Positions 19,459 through 30,204 of a stretch of DNA of 64,000 bases are shown here, piece by piece. The stretch is taken from contig JAHHIK010000028.1 of the NCBI GenBank assembly GCA_019358935.1, forward strand, positions 9,186 to 73,185. The letters run 5' to 3'. Source of the DNA: Tolypothrix carrinoi HA7290-LM1 (GTDB lineage: Bacteria; Cyanobacteriota; Cyanobacteriia; Cyanobacteriales; Nostocaceae). The notes under the pieces were generated by a model. That model was not told the DNA's origin, ran no database searches, and worked only from the letters and a program-made list of their open reading frames with translations. The position numbers were made by a program, and so were the translations under genes. Within the stretch, counting starts at the first letter, position 1. Every line of letters starts with the position of its first letter.

Positions 19459-22254
19459 ATGGAAGCAAATATAGACGAATACTTAGAAATTTATAAACAA
19501 GCTTGTACGGCATACGCGCAACAAAATTATGAAGTTGCCGCGACTTTAGTTGACTCTGTGGTAGAAAATTTACCCGATGATGCTAACTGCCATTTGTTGC
19601 GGGGTCACGTTTACTATGTTTTACAACAATACGATGTGGCATCATCAGAATACCAAAAAGTTTTGCAGTTGACGAAGGATGAAGAAATTATTAGTTTTGC
19701 TCGTAATGGTCTTGAAAATGTCAATCAATACCAACAGCAAGAAGAACAAATCGCCGAGGTAGATAATCAGCCTCCCAATTCTAGCGAGCCTGAGGCTATG
19801 ATGGGCGCAGGCAATGAAGATAATAACTTTGATTTCAGCTCTGATAGTGAGCATCCGCAAGCTGTGGACGTAATCGAAGAACTATCTTTCAGCAGCCCAT
19901 TTGAAATGCCCACAGATAGTACTGTATTTGGTACGTCACTAGAATCAACAAATGATAGCGCTGACAGTAATCCTTTTGCCTTGAATGCAGAATCACAATT
20001 AGATTCAAGTAATTGGGAGGAAGAATCAAAGTTAGATTTGCCAGCTTTCTGGCAAGAAGATATCTCCCAAGCTAGTGAAGATTATACTGATAAAAATTCC
20101 CCACTTAACAGCAATAACAATAGCGGTTCGCCTTTTGAATTTGTGCCATCAACAGGCAATAGCTTAGAAAAACCTCCGGATTTTTTGATTGAAGTTGAAA
20201 GTTCCCAAGGATTAATAAGTGAAGAGTTTAAGTCTCAACTAAATAATGTTGAAGATGAAACTTTATTTTTGAGCGAAGTATCCAGCAAAAATAAGTCTAA
20301 ACCAACAAATAATTCGGGATACAGCAGTCAAGAAAAGAATTTGAAAAGTTCATCATTAAATGGGAATTTTGCTTTTGAGGAATCTGAGGATTTAGACTCA
20401 ACTGACAAAAAGCAAAACGCATTAGAGGATGACGATAGTTTTGACTTTGAAGCTTTTGAGTCTGCCTTTGGCTCAGATGCGTTAACAGATGAGGAAGATA
20501 CAAACAGTATAATTAGTGGAAATACTTCCAAAAGCAATAACATCGAGTTTTTAGACGATTTTGATGCCTTTGACGATTTAGGAAACATTCCTGGTTTTGA
20601 TATCACAGGAGGAAATTCTAGTTTCAGCGATGTGTCAATACCTTCTGGTTCATTAGATACCAGTAGTAAAATAGGCAAAAAAGTTTCGCAAGTTCCGCCA
20701 ATTGCGGAAAATAGCGATCGCGATTCGGAACTCTTCAGTATGACTGGTTCGCAAGAAGCAGTCCCCGTCTTTACCCAAACAGATGTCTCAAAAGTAGAAC
20801 CTGTTGTTAATGTCGAGCAAGGCTTATTAGCACCATTAGAAAATGCTCCCCTGGAACAAAAACAATGGATTATCGCTGGAACTGTCGGTATTGTTTCGGC
20901 TGTAGTTGTCGCTGTAGTTAGTTTCAGTGCGGCTAATTTGTCAGCCCCGCAACAACGGGAAGGAGTGCGAAATACAGGCTGGGCAATGGCTCTAGCTGCC
21001 GGACTTGCAAGTTTTGGTACAGCCAGCTTTATGGGAAATCTTACACTCAAACAAATTCGCCGCACAACTAACGATCTGCAAACTCAGTTTGATGCGGTGC
21101 GTCAAGGAAATCTCAATGCCCAAGCCACGGTATACTCAGAAGATCAATTAGGACAATTAGCCGCTGGCTTCAACGAAATGGCTAAGGTAATTTTCACCAC
21201 CACAAATGAAGCTCAACGCAAAGCTGATGAGCAAGAGGAGGCAAAAGAAAATCTCCAACGCCAAGTAATTCGGCTGTTGGACGATGTGGAAGGAGCTGCG
21301 AGGGGAGATTTGACGGTACAAGCTGAGGTGACGGCTGACGTATTGGGAGCAGTTGCGGACGCTTTTAACTTAACAATTCAAAATTTGCGGGATATCGTCC
21401 AACAGGTGAAAGTGGCAGCGCGGGAAGTGACAAAAGGAGCAACCAATTCAGAAACTTTTGCTAGAGCATTATCTAGTGATGCTTTGCGACAAGCTGAGGA
21501 GTTGGCAGTAACTTTAAATTCCGTGCAGGTGATGACAGACTCGATTCAGCGGGTAGCGGAAGCAGCGCGAGAAGCGGAAACTGTCACCCGTGAAGCTAGC
21601 GCTTTTGCACTTAAAGGTGGGGAAGCGGTAGAAAACACCGTGGCGGGGATTTTGGAAATTCGCGAAACAGTAGCAGAAACTACCCGAAAAGTCAAGCGTT
21701 TGGCGGAATCTTCCCAAGAAATTTCTAAAATTGTGGCTTTGATTTCGCAAATTGCTTCTAGAACGAATCTGTTAGCGCTGAATGCTAGTATTGAAGCAGC
21801 ACGAGCCGGAGAAGCTGGAAGAGGATTTGCGATCGTTGCAGATGAAGTGCGTCAGCTTGCAGATAGATCGGCTAAATCTTTGAAAGAAATTGAAGAAATT
21901 GTCCGGCAAATTCAGAGCGAAACTAGTTCTGTAATGACGGCAATGGAAGAAGGTACACAACAGGTTATTCAAGGTACAAAATTAGCCGAAGAAGCCAAGC
22001 GATCGCTTGAAAATATCATTCAAGTCGCAAATCGCATTGATATTCTTGTGCGTTCTATCACCACCGACACTGTAGAACAAACGGAAACTTCTCGCGCTGT
22101 CGCTCAGGTAATGCAGTCTGTGGAACTCACAGCGCAAGAAACCTCCCAAGAAGCACAGCGAGTTTCTGGTGCTTTACAACACTTGGTAGGTGTATCCCGC
22201 GACTTAATCTCCTCCGTTGAACGTTTCAAAGTGGAAACACTTGAAACAAGGTAA
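19459..22254 (+). CDS. hmpD: Methyl-accepting chemotaxis protein HmpD/PilJ (TPR, acidic linker, HAMP, MCP)
   Basis: [32 protein letters not shown]-terminal TPR. Confidence 0.93.
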   Translation: MEANIDEYLEIYKQACTAYAQQNYEVAATLVDSVVENLPDDANCHLLRGHVYYVLQQYDVASSEYQKVLQLTKDEEIISFARNGLENVNQYQQQEEQIAEVDNQPPNSSEPEAMMGAGNEDNNFDFSSDSEHPQAVDVIEELSFSSPFEMPTDSTVFGTSLESTNDSADSNPFALNAESQLDSSNWEEESKLDLPAFWQEDISQASEDYTDKNSPLNSNNNSGSPFEFVPSTGNSLEKPPDFLIEVESSQGLISEEFKSQLNNVEDETLFLSEVSSKNKSKPTNNSGYSSQEKNLKSSSLNGNFAFEESEDLDSTDKKQNALEDDDSFDFEAFESAFGSDALTDEEDTNSIISGNTSKSNNIEFLDDFDAFDDLGNIPGFDITGGNSSFSDVSIPSGSLDTSSKIGKKVSQVPPIAENSDRDSELFSMTGSQEAVPVFTQTDVSKVEPVVNVEQGLLAPLENAPLEQKQWIIAGTVGIVSAVVVAVVSFSAANLSAPQQREGVRNTGWAMALAAGLASFGTASFMGNLTLKQIRRTTNDLQTQFDAVRQGNLNAQATVYSEDQLGQLAAGFNEMAKVIFTTTNEAQRKADEQEEAKENLQRQVIRLLDDVEGAARGDLTVQAEVTADVLGAVADAFNLTIQNLRDIVQQVKVAAREVTKGATNSETFARALSSDALRQAEELAVTLNSVQVMTDSIQRVAEAAREAETVTREASAFALKGGEAVENTVAGILEIRETVAETTRKVKRLAESSQEISKIVALISQIASRTNLLALNASIEAARAGEAGRGFAIVADEVRQLADRSAKSLKEIEEIVRQIQSETSSVMTAMEEGTQQVIQGTKLAEEAKRSLENIIQVANRIDILVRSITTDTVEQTETSRAVAQVMQSVELTAQETSQEAQRVSGALQHLVGVSRDLISSVERFKVETLETR

Positions 22255-22392
22255 AAAAGTTAGGAGTTGTAGAGACGCGATCGGTCGCGTCTGTACGGGA
22301 GTTAAAAGTAAAAATTACCACTCATAACTCATAACTCATAACTCATAACTCATAACTCATAACTCGTAACTCTATTCTCCTAACTTTGTAGT

Positions 22393-25300
22393 ATGCTGCC
22401 GGAACAACAACAGCGCATTTTAGGTTACTTTATTGAAGAAGCAAGAGACCACCTGAATACGATTGAGCAGGGGTTGTTAAATCTCCAGAGTACCCTGAAC
22501 GACCCGGAAATGATTAACGAAGTTTTTCGGGCAGCTCACTCTATCAAAGGGGGAGCGGCGATGCTTGGTCTGAGTAGCATTCAGCACACGTCTCACCGTT
22601 TGGAAGACTGTTTCAAAATTCTCAAAGAGCATCCGGTTCAAATTGACCAAAAGTTAGAATCTTTGTTTCTCGGTGTTTCTGATACTTTGAAAGCGCTGTT
22701 AGAGCATTTGACTGGACCTTTTGGTTTAACAGAAGATGCTGCTAACACTTTGATGTCAGAAACCGAGCCGGTCTTTGAATGGTTGAACGAGCATTTGTCC
22801 ATGCTTGTACAACAAAGTAGCAATCAAGCAACAAGTAATACAGAAAGAACTGCATCAAATAACAAATTTCAACCGCAGGAAATCTCGACATTACATGTAG
22901 CACCGGAAATTAAAAGTGTGGGTGAGTTTCAAACTCAGGTGCTGCAAAAACTACGCGATATGTTGCAATTATTTAAGCGAATGCCAACACAAGAAACTCG
23001 ACAACAACTGCAAGATTGCTGTTATGAGTTAGCGAGATTCGGTGAGTCGTTGAATTTTTCAAATTGGTCTGGTTTGTGTCGTGACGCTGGAAGTGCGATC
23101 GCTAATCCCAAAAACAGCTTTCTAACTTTAGCAAAAACTGTTATTACCGAAATTAAACAAGCTCTGGAATTAGCTACACAAAACAGAGACTCAGAAATTG
23201 CCATCAGTCCGCAACTAAAAGCACTCTTGAGTGTCTTAGAAATTGACTTATTAGAAATAAGTGATAATTTTATTGCCGAACCATCGACAGATAAAAATTT
23301 AATATTAGCTAGCACTATCAGCACTAATAATCTTGATATAGCCGCACCGACAGAAAATAATTTTGCTGATTTAGAGTTGGAGCCACAAGACACTATAAAC
23401 AGTTTAACTGAGTTATCGACACCATTAAACTTTAATAGTGAAGACGCTATCAGCAGTTTAACTGAGTTATCGACACCATTAAACTTTGGGAGTGAAGATA
23501 CTATCAGCAGTTTAAGTGAGTTATCGACACCATTAAACTTTGACAGTGAAGACAGCATAACTAGCTTAACTGAATTATCCGCATCTGCGAACCAAGACCA
23601 AGATAATTTTGCGGATATATTTTCAAGCGATCGCAAACTAAGTCAAGACGACAAACTGCTGAATAATAAAAGCATTGATTTGAATGGACCAGAGGTAGGA
23701 ATAGCTGAGTTAAATGCTCTTGCGGACTTTTTTGAAGGTGAAACTCCAGACTTGGATGAAACCTGGCAAAAAGTAGAAATTTTAGATGATACTTCAGATA
23801 ATGAATTGTCAATTGATATCAGCAACGACACTGAAGATGCTGATAACGATTTTGCAGATTTACTTTCCTTTGAAAAAGAACCTAGCAGCAATTACCAAAC
23901 AAATATTACTGCAACCGAAGATTTAACTCTTTTGCAGTTATTTGACGATAACTTACCAGAACAAGCATCGCTATTTCCAGAAACAGCTATTACAAACCTA
24001 GAATTGAGTGATAATTCTAATTGTGAGGAAATGCCAGAACTTGCAACTAGTTCTGATGATATTGCCTTGAATAATGAATTACCATCAGATGTGGTAGACG
24101 ATTTCTTGGCATTAACACTCAATGAAAATGAATTATTTTCTCTAGGAGAAGTAACTCAACCAGAAGCTGAGAATATCAATGCAACTTTTACCTCAGCGAA
24201 AACTTCCTCCTTGAATGACCTTGATAGCATAGAAGAACTATCCCCCGAGCAAGATAATAATTTTGAGCAGGTTTTTCCAGAAACAGCGAATGCAAATTTG
24301 GTAGAGGAAATTCCTTTAACTAATCATCTCCCAGAAATTACTCAAAGCCAAGAAGAAAGCTTTTCTTTAGATAGTCTGTTTGCTGCGGAAGAAGAGACAA
24401 TACCATCTACGACAAAATCAGAATCAAGCGATTTATTTGATTTTTTAAACTTTCCAACAGCCGCAGAAATTTCTCAATCAGAAGAGGATTTAAACGACTT
24501 TTGGAGTCAGGAACCCGAAGAAGAACTTCATCAAAAATTTCATCTGGAAGTTGAGCTGGATGCAGTCAGAGCGTTAGAAGCAAGTTTGTTTGCTGCTGCT
24601 GCTTCCGGTGACATTTTTGGTAGCAGCGAGCAAGCGTCAGAAGAAAATTTTGATATCGAAGATATAGATATCAGTTTCCTACAGTCAGATTTGATATTTG
24701 CATCGGATGTGGATGATGATTTCTTTGCTCAATTTACATCAACCGAGTCAGGGGATCTATTTAGCGATCGCGAATCTCCCCAAGATATTCACAACCTCCC
24801 CCAACAGCATACCACCCAATTGCAGCCAGAAAACTTATCGGACGCGATGCTTCCCGAAGCTGTAGAAGCGCAACCCGAATTTACTAAATCATTTGAAGAG
24901 GAAACTAATTTATTAGATACTGCTTTTGATGAAAATAACAATGATACGCTAAATATAGAAGATACACCAAAAATTGACACCACAGAAAGTTCTTTAGTAG
25001 CACAAGATTTATTGAAGAGAGAAATCGCAATAGATATCAATGCAGAAACTTCTGAACCACAGCTAGAGACACAAGAAGTTGCACCAAAGGTAAATAATAG
25101 CTTCCAAGCTGCCTTGAACTTCACAGAAACACCTTTTTATCAAGATGAAAATTTAGCCGAGTCAGAACTGAATTTAATTAATGATTTATTTTCTGGAGAA
25201 AATTTCCTGCTAGAGGCAAATCAGGAATTTATACCAGAAACGGTAGTAGAAAGTGATAATAATGATTTACTTGCCACAGAAAATTTACTTGTATCAAATC

Positions 25301-27918
25301 AAGAATTTCTCCCAGAAACGGTAGTAGAAAGTGATGATAATAATGATTTACTGAAGACAGAAAATTTACTTGTAGAGGAAAATCATGAATTTCTCCCAGA
25401 AACGGTAGTAGAAAGTGATGATAATAATGATTTACTGAAGACAGAAAATTTACTTGTAGAGGAAAATCATGAATTTCTCCCAGAAACCGATATTGAAGAA
25501 AGTACATTTGAAGCTGTCTTGGAAGTAGCAGACGATGAAGATTTGTTGGAAATACCAGAATCTTCAGATGCTTTTAATGAGCCAACTTCAGAAGTTGAGA
25601 TAATCGAGAATGAATCTGCTGCTTTAGAGTATATCAGAGCAGAAACTAAAGCTATAGAAGATGCAGATACGGCAAATTCTGCCTCTGTTTTAGATGAATT
25701 TGCCGACTTGGAAGCACTGCTAGAAGAGGAAGTAACATCTACTCCTGATATCGAAATATCAGACATAGATTTTGCTGACTTGGAAGCGTTGCTGGGTGAG
25801 GAAAAAGCATCAACGGTAACACCGACTGTTAATAATGTCACAAGGTTAGCTGTATCCTCCGAACTACCAAATGAATTTGGTGATTTAGAGAAACTACTGA
25901 AAGAAGCAGATCAAACGATATCGCATTCACCAACGGTAACATCAAGCACTAGCAAAAATCAACGTCAGCCGCGTCGCGGTGCGAGATTTGAAGAAACAAT
26001 GCGCGTCCCGGTGAAGCATCTGGACGATATGAGTAACTTAGTTGGAGAGTTGGTAGTAAATCGCAACACCTTAGAAGAGGATCAGGGACGACAGCGACAA
26101 TCCTTAGATAATTTGTTGCATCAGATACAACAGCTTTCGGATGTGGGAGCGAGAATGCAAGAATTATACGAGCGATCGCTTCTGGAAGCTTCTTTATTAG
26201 CCAGTCGCAAATATAAAGAATCTCTTCCCCTAGTTAGTGATTCAAATACAGACAGAGGATTTAGCGAACTAGAAATGGATCGCTTTACTCCCTTCCACAC
26301 GCTTTCTCAAGAAATGATTGAATTGATCGTGCGAGTGCGAGAGTCAGCCAGTGACATTGACTTTGTTACCGAAGAAACCGAACGGGTAGCGCGACAGTTT
26401 CGACAAGTAACTACTCAATTGCAAGAAGGACTGACAAAAGCGCGAATGGAACCTTTTTCTCAAGCTACCGATGGTTTGCAACGAGGAGTGCGCGACACCG
26501 CGATCAAGCATGGCAGACAAGTAGAACTTGTAATTGAAGGTGGAGACACTTTCATCGACAAGATGATTGTAGAGCATTTGAAGACTCCTTTAAATCATAT
26601 GCTCAATAATGCGATCGCTCACGGCATTGAAACCCCAGAAATCCGTCAACAGCAAGGTAAATCACCTGTGGGAACAATTAGCGTCCGTGCTTTCCACCAA
26701 GGAAACCAAACGATTATTTCTGTTAAGGATGATGGTGCAGGTATCAATACAGATCAAGTGAAAGCAAAAGCGATCGCTAAAAATTTAATTAGCACCGAAA
26801 AAGCCAAAAGCATGTCTCCCATTGAGGTGTATGACTTGCTGTTTGAACCGAATTTCAGCACCAAAGACGAAGCTGATGAATTATCAGGTCGCGGTGTCGG
26901 TATGGACGTAGTTCGCACTTCGATCAGCGAAATTCGCGGCACAATCACTACTGATTCTACCATCGGCAAGGGAACTACTTTCACAATTCGTTTGCCGCTG
27001 ACTTTGAGTATTTGTAAAGCTTTGTGCTGCGTCTCCGACAAAGCGAGAATTGCCTTCCCGATGGATGGTGTGGAAGATACTTTAGATATACCTGCGAAAA
27101 ATATTCAGACAAATGCCGAGGGACAATCATTTATATCTTGGCGCGATACAATGTTACCATTCCGACCGCTGAAAGAACTTTTAACTTTCAATCGGTTACT
27201 CAGCCGAGGTAACGTTTACGGCGGAAATCGCGACGATGATATGATTTCTGTGATTGTCGTGCGATCGGCAAATACCTTGATTGCTCTGCAAATAGATCAG
27301 GTACTCAGCGAACAAGAAATAGTTATCAAGCAGTTTGAAAGACCGGCACCAAAACCGATTGGTGTAGCTGGTGCTACCGTCCTCGGTGATGGTCGAATTA
27401 TGCCGATCGCTGATGTGCTAGAAATAATTGACATCTTCCAAGGACGCACGGTCAAACAAAGTAATCTCTGGGAACAAAAAAATACTTCCGCTACCGCAGA
27501 AACACCTGCTACGAAAATTGACCCGACAGTGTTGATTGTCGATGACTCAATTACAGTCCGCGAGTTGCTTTCTCTCACCTTTAACAAAGCCGGTTATCGC
27601 GTAGAACAAGCGCGTGATGGTCAGGAAGCTTGGGATAAACTGCGTTCCGGTCTCCCCTGCGATATCGTATTTTGCGACATCGAGATGCCCCGCTGCGATG
27701 GTCTGGAGTTGCTTTCTCGCATCCAGAAAGATTCTACCCTTAACCATTTACCGATCGCCATGCTTACTTCGCGTGGTGCAGATAAACACCGACAAATGGC
27801 AGTGCAACTAGGTGCTAGTGGCTACTTCACTAAACCTTATCTGGAAGAAGCTTTACTCGAAGCTGCTTCGCGGATGCTCAAAGGAGAAAAGCTGGTTAAC
27901 AGTGCTAATAACGCTTAG
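22393..27918 (+). CDS. hmpE: CheA-like hybrid kinase HmpE/PilL (Hpt, HATPase, CheW, REC)
   Basis: FRAAHSIKG Hpt, NAIAHGIE, SGRGVGMDVV, C-terminal receiver. Confidence 0.93.
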   Translation: MLPEQQQRILGYFIEEARDHLNTIEQGLLNLQSTLNDPEMINEVFRAAHSIKGGAAMLGLSSIQHTSHRLEDCFKILKEHPVQIDQKLESLFLGVSDTLKALLEHLTGPFGLTEDAANTLMSETEPVFEWLNEHLSMLVQQSSNQATSNTERTASNNKFQPQEISTLHVAPEIKSVGEFQTQVLQKLRDMLQLFKRMPTQETRQQLQDCCYELARFGESLNFSNWSGLCRDAGSAIANPKNSFLTLAKTVITEIKQALELATQNRDSEIAISPQLKALLSVLEIDLLEISDNFIAEPSTDKNLILASTISTNNLDIAAPTENNFADLELEPQDTINSLTELSTPLNFNSEDAISSLTELSTPLNFGSEDTISSLSELSTPLNFDSEDSITSLTELSASANQDQDNFADIFSSDRKLSQDDKLLNNKSIDLNGPEVGIAELNALADFFEGETPDLDETWQKVEILDDTSDNELSIDISNDTEDADNDFADLLSFEKEPSSNYQTNITATEDLTLLQLFDDNLPEQASLFPETAITNLELSDNSNCEEMPELATSSDDIALNNELPSDVVDDFLALTLNENELFSLGEVTQPEAENINATFTSAKTSSLNDLDSIEELSPEQDNNFEQVFPETANANLVEEIPLTNHLPEITQSQEESFSLDSLFAAEEETIPSTTKSESSDLFDFLNFPTAAEISQSEEDLNDFWSQEPEEELHQKFHLEVELDAVRALEASLFAAAASGDIFGSSEQASEENFDIEDIDISFLQSDLIFASDVDDDFFAQFTSTESGDLFSDRESPQDIHNLPQQHTTQLQPENLSDAMLPEAVEAQPEFTKSFEEETNLLDTAFDENNNDTLNIEDTPKIDTTESSLVAQDLLKREIAIDINAETSEPQLETQEVAPKVNNSFQAALNFTETPFYQDENLAESELNLINDLFSGENFLLEANQEFIPETVVESDNNDLLATENLLVSNQEFLPETVVESDDNNDLLKTENLLVEENHEFLPETVVESDDNNDLLKTENLLVEENHEFLPETDIEESTFEAVLEVADDEDLLEIPESSDAFNEPTSEVEIIENESAALEYIRAETKAIEDADTANSASVLDEFADLEALLEEEVTSTPDIEISDIDFADLEALLGEEKASTVTPTVNNVTRLAVSSELPNEFGDLEKLLKEADQTISHSPTVTSSTSKNQRQPRRGARFEETMRVPVKHLDDMSNLVGELVVNRNTLEEDQGRQRQSLDNLLHQIQQLSDVGARMQELYERSLLEASLLASRKYKESLPLVSDSNTDRGFSELEMDRFTPFHTLSQEMIELIVRVRESASDIDFVTEETERVARQFRQVTTQLQEGLTKARMEPFSQATDGLQRGVRDTAIKHGRQVELVIEGGDTFIDKMIVEHLKTPLNHMLNNAIAHGIETPEIRQQQGKSPVGTISVRAFHQGNQTIISVKDDGAGINTDQVKAKAIAKNLISTEKAKSMSPIEVYDLLFEPNFSTKDEADELSGRGVGMDVVRTSISEIRGTITTDSTIGKGTTFTIRLPLTLSICKALCCVSDKARIAFPMDGVEDTLDIPAKNIQTNAEGQSFISWRDTMLPFRPLKELLTFNRLLSRGNVYGGNRDDDMISVIVVRSANTLIALQIDQVLSEQEIVIKQFERPAPKPIGVAGATVLGDGRIMPIADVLEIIDIFQGRTVKQSNLWEQKNTSATAETPATKIDPTVLIVDDSITVRELLSLTFNKAGYRVEQARDGQEAWDKLRSGLPCDIVFCDIEMPRCDGLELLSRIQKDSTLNHLPIAMLTSRGADKHRQMAVQLGASGYFTKPYLEEALLEAASRMLKGEKLVNSANNA

Positions 27919-28114
27919 TTGTCATACCATAAATCTTTTTTTCTTTAATTTAGCCTTTCTGGGATTGATTCGTGCCTCTCTACCAGACGCGTTGCGCGTT
28001 CGCAATGACTATAATATTTTGTCATTGCGGGAACAAACTGAAGTGTTCAAAGCAGCGTGTCGCAGACAAGCGATCGCTTTCGTATTGGGATTGCTTCGTG
28101 CCCCGCTTCGGACA

Positions 28115-28693
28115 TTATCCCCAAATTCGTTGCAGATTGAGTACAAAACCAGGTAAAACATTTAAGGCGGAAATAGTTTGAGGAAATTTTAAAATTTCCA
28201 CATCTTGTCCTGGACGATAAATTTCTACTTCCTGTTTTTTTCGGTTGATCAACCAACCAAGACGACACCCATTTTTCATATATTCATCCATTTTGTCTTG
28301 AACTTTTTTCAAAGTGTCGGATGGTGACATTATTTCAATGACAAAATCAGGACATAGGGGAATAAATTTTTCTTTTTGCTCTTTAGTCAAAGCATCCCAA
28401 CGAGATTTTTCTACCCAAGAAACATCTGGAGAACGGTCAGCCCCTGAAGGTAAAGTAAATCCAGTTGATGAATCAAAAACTTCGCCCAATTGATTTTGTT
28501 CATTCCATGATGCTACTTGAAGAATTAAATTAACATTACTTCTCCCTGTTTCTCCTCCCGTAGGTGGCATTATAATCAATTCTCCTTGGGCATTGCGTTC
28601 TAATTTTAAATCGGGGTTTTCTTCACACAATTGATAAAACTGCTCTCTTGTCAGTTTAATTACAGAATTGAGGTTTAATGTAAGTGCTGTCAT
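28115..28693 (-). CDS. Uma2 (DUF820) family endonuclease, copy A
   Basis: FDSSTGFTLP, SPDVSW, CPDFVIEIMS, LGWLIN. Confidence 0.92.
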   Translation of the reverse strand: MTALTLNLNSVIKLTREQFYQLCEENPDLKLERNAQGELIIMPPTGGETGRSNVNLILQVASWNEQNQLGEVFDSSTGFTLPSGADRSPDVSWVEKSRWDALTKEQKEKFIPLCPDFVIEIMSPSDTLKKVQDKMDEYMKNGCRLGWLINRKKQEVEIYRPGQDVEILKFPQTISALNVLPGFVLNLQRIWG

Positions 28694-28774
28694 AACAACC
28701 TCTAATTAACTCATCTATTATCAAAAATAGCATCGGCGACTTCTAGTCGCGGCGTTGCGCGTACAAAGTCCGCT

Positions 28775-28836
28775 AGCATTTACTATGCAAGGGCGAAAAA
28801 TACCTGACTTACCCATCCAGCCTGAAGAGCGATCGC
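28775..28836 (+). pseudogene. Duplicated 5' fragment of the prolyl oligopeptidase gene
   Basis: cgaaaaatacctgacttacccatccagcc..agcgatcgc matches 31288-31329. Confidence 0.8.
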
Positions 28837-28895
28837 AACGGCTAGAAATTAATATGTGCCTCTCTACGAGACGCGTTGCGCGATCGCTTCGGACA

Positions 28896-29474
28896 TTATC
28901 CCCAAATTCGTTGCAGATTGAGTACAAAACCAGGTAGAATATTTTCCCCGGAAATAGTTTGAGGAAATTTTAAAACTTCCACATTTTGTCCTGGACGATA
29001 AATTTCTACTTCCTGTTTTTTTCTGTTTATCAACCAACCTAGACGACAACCATTTTCGATATACTCTTGCATCTTGTTCTGAGTTTTTTTCAAGCTGTCA
29101 TTAGATGACATTATTTCAATGACAAAATCAGGACATAAGGGAATAAATTTTTCTTTTTGCTCTTTAGTCAAAGCATCCCAACGAGATTTTTCTACCCAAG
29201 AAACATCTGGAGAACGGTCAGAACCTGAAGGTAAAGTAAATCCAGTTGATGAATCAAAAACTTCGCCCAATTGATTTTGGTCGTTCCAGAACCATATTTG
29301 AGCGTTAATAGTAGAATTACTTCTCCCTGTTTCTCCTCCCGTAGGTGGCATTATAATTAATTCTCCTTGGGCATTGCGTTCTAATTTTAAATCGGGATTT
29401 TCTTCACACAATTGATAAAACTGCTCTCTTGTCAGTTTAATTACAGAATTGAGGTTTAATGTAAGTGCTGTCAT
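28896..29474 (-). CDS. Uma2 (DUF820) family endonuclease, copy B (tandem duplicate, 781 bp offset)
   Basis: Near-identical to copy A, including about 80 bp of upstream sequence. Confidence 0.92.
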   Translation of the reverse strand: MTALTLNLNSVIKLTREQFYQLCEENPDLKLERNAQGELIIMPPTGGETGRSNSTINAQIWFWNDQNQLGEVFDSSTGFTLPSGSDRSPDVSWVEKSRWDALTKEQKEKFIPLCPDFVIEIMSSNDSLKKTQNKMQEYIENGCRLGWLINRKKQEVEIYRPGQNVEVLKFPQTISGENILPGFVLNLQRIWG

Positions 29475-29737
29475 ATCAACCTCTAATTAACTCATCTATT
29501 ATCAAAAATAGCATCGGTGACTTCTAGTCGCGGCGTTGCGCGTACAAAGTCCGCATGACAAGGACTTAAGAAAAGTTGAAACCCGCGTAGTAGGCGGGTT
29601 TAGTCTGTGTAGCTGCGATTTCAATTGCCCAGTACTGCAAAGCCTCAGCCCCGACGATATACCGCGTCATCTGCTTGATTTCCTTGTTATTGATGATGTG
29701 GGCTTACGCACTGTCAATATTTGCGAAGATTTAGTCT

Positions 29738-29845
29738 TGTTCTATCTTAGAACTATGTCACGAAAAAATTAGCATTTACTATGACCAGCGAAAAACACCT
29801 GACTTACCCATCCAGTCCGAAAAGCGATCGCGTTGATAACTACCG
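29738..29845 (+). pseudogene. Second duplicated 5' fragment (upstream region plus first codons) of the prolyl oligopeptidase gene
   Basis: gttctatcttagaactatgtca...atgaccagcgaaaaacacctgacttacccatccag..agcgatcgcgttgataactacc matches 31234-31342. Confidence 0.85.
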
Positions 29846-29977
29846 CAGTTCGTTTTTCCATACGCTTTTAGCAGAATGCAATCCACCAAGCTTGCTCTTG
29901 GTGACCTCGTTAATGATACGGTAATACTCAATTGAAGACTCCCAACTCATTCCCCCGATTAGCCCAATTGTTTTCAC
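29840..29977 (-). pseudogene. Truncated aspartate/glutamate racemase (YgeA/RacX-like); relic of second integron cassette
   Basis: GAGGAG RBS then GTG; translates MKTIGLIGGMSWESSIEYYRIINEVTKSKLGGLHSAKSV, then stops after a few unrelated codons. Confidence 0.85.
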
Positions 29978-30079
29978 GATGGCTCCTCAAATGACTAAGA
30001 CGATTGCTTGCCACTTCACAGTTTAATTGAACTTCTCACAGGTGACTTTGAAGTACTGTCCTAACCCAGAATAGGAGCC

Positions 30080-30163
30080 GTATAACGACCAGGGTAAGCG
30101 GCGATGAAAGAATTATAAACGAAGCGAGAAAACTTTGTTCGCCGCTCCAACTACTTGTTAGCT
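30080..30163 (-). mobile_element. Integron attC site (84 bp)
   Basis: Minus strand AGCTAAC-aagtagttgg-AGCGGCGA...TCGCCGCT-taccctggtc-GTTATAC, i.e. R''/L''..L'/R' layout, 41 bp after the MOSC stop codon. Confidence 0.8.
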
Positions 30164-30204
30164 TGCGATACTATACGACGATGCTGGTTCAGGATCAATT
30201 AGTG

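Noticed and set aside
20328..21065. 245-aa antisense ORF in hmpD, and other antisense ORFs in hmpE, accC, RND and flv genes
   Set aside because: Shadow frames of well-supported genes.
28115..29474. Diversity-generating retroelement (TR/VR pair)
   Set aside because: Differences are not adenine-specific, the whole gene is duplicated, and there is no reverse transcriptase in the window.
30057..30065. Extra GTTAGGA core just downstream of the attC
   Set aside because: No matching inverse core or stem was found; probably chance.
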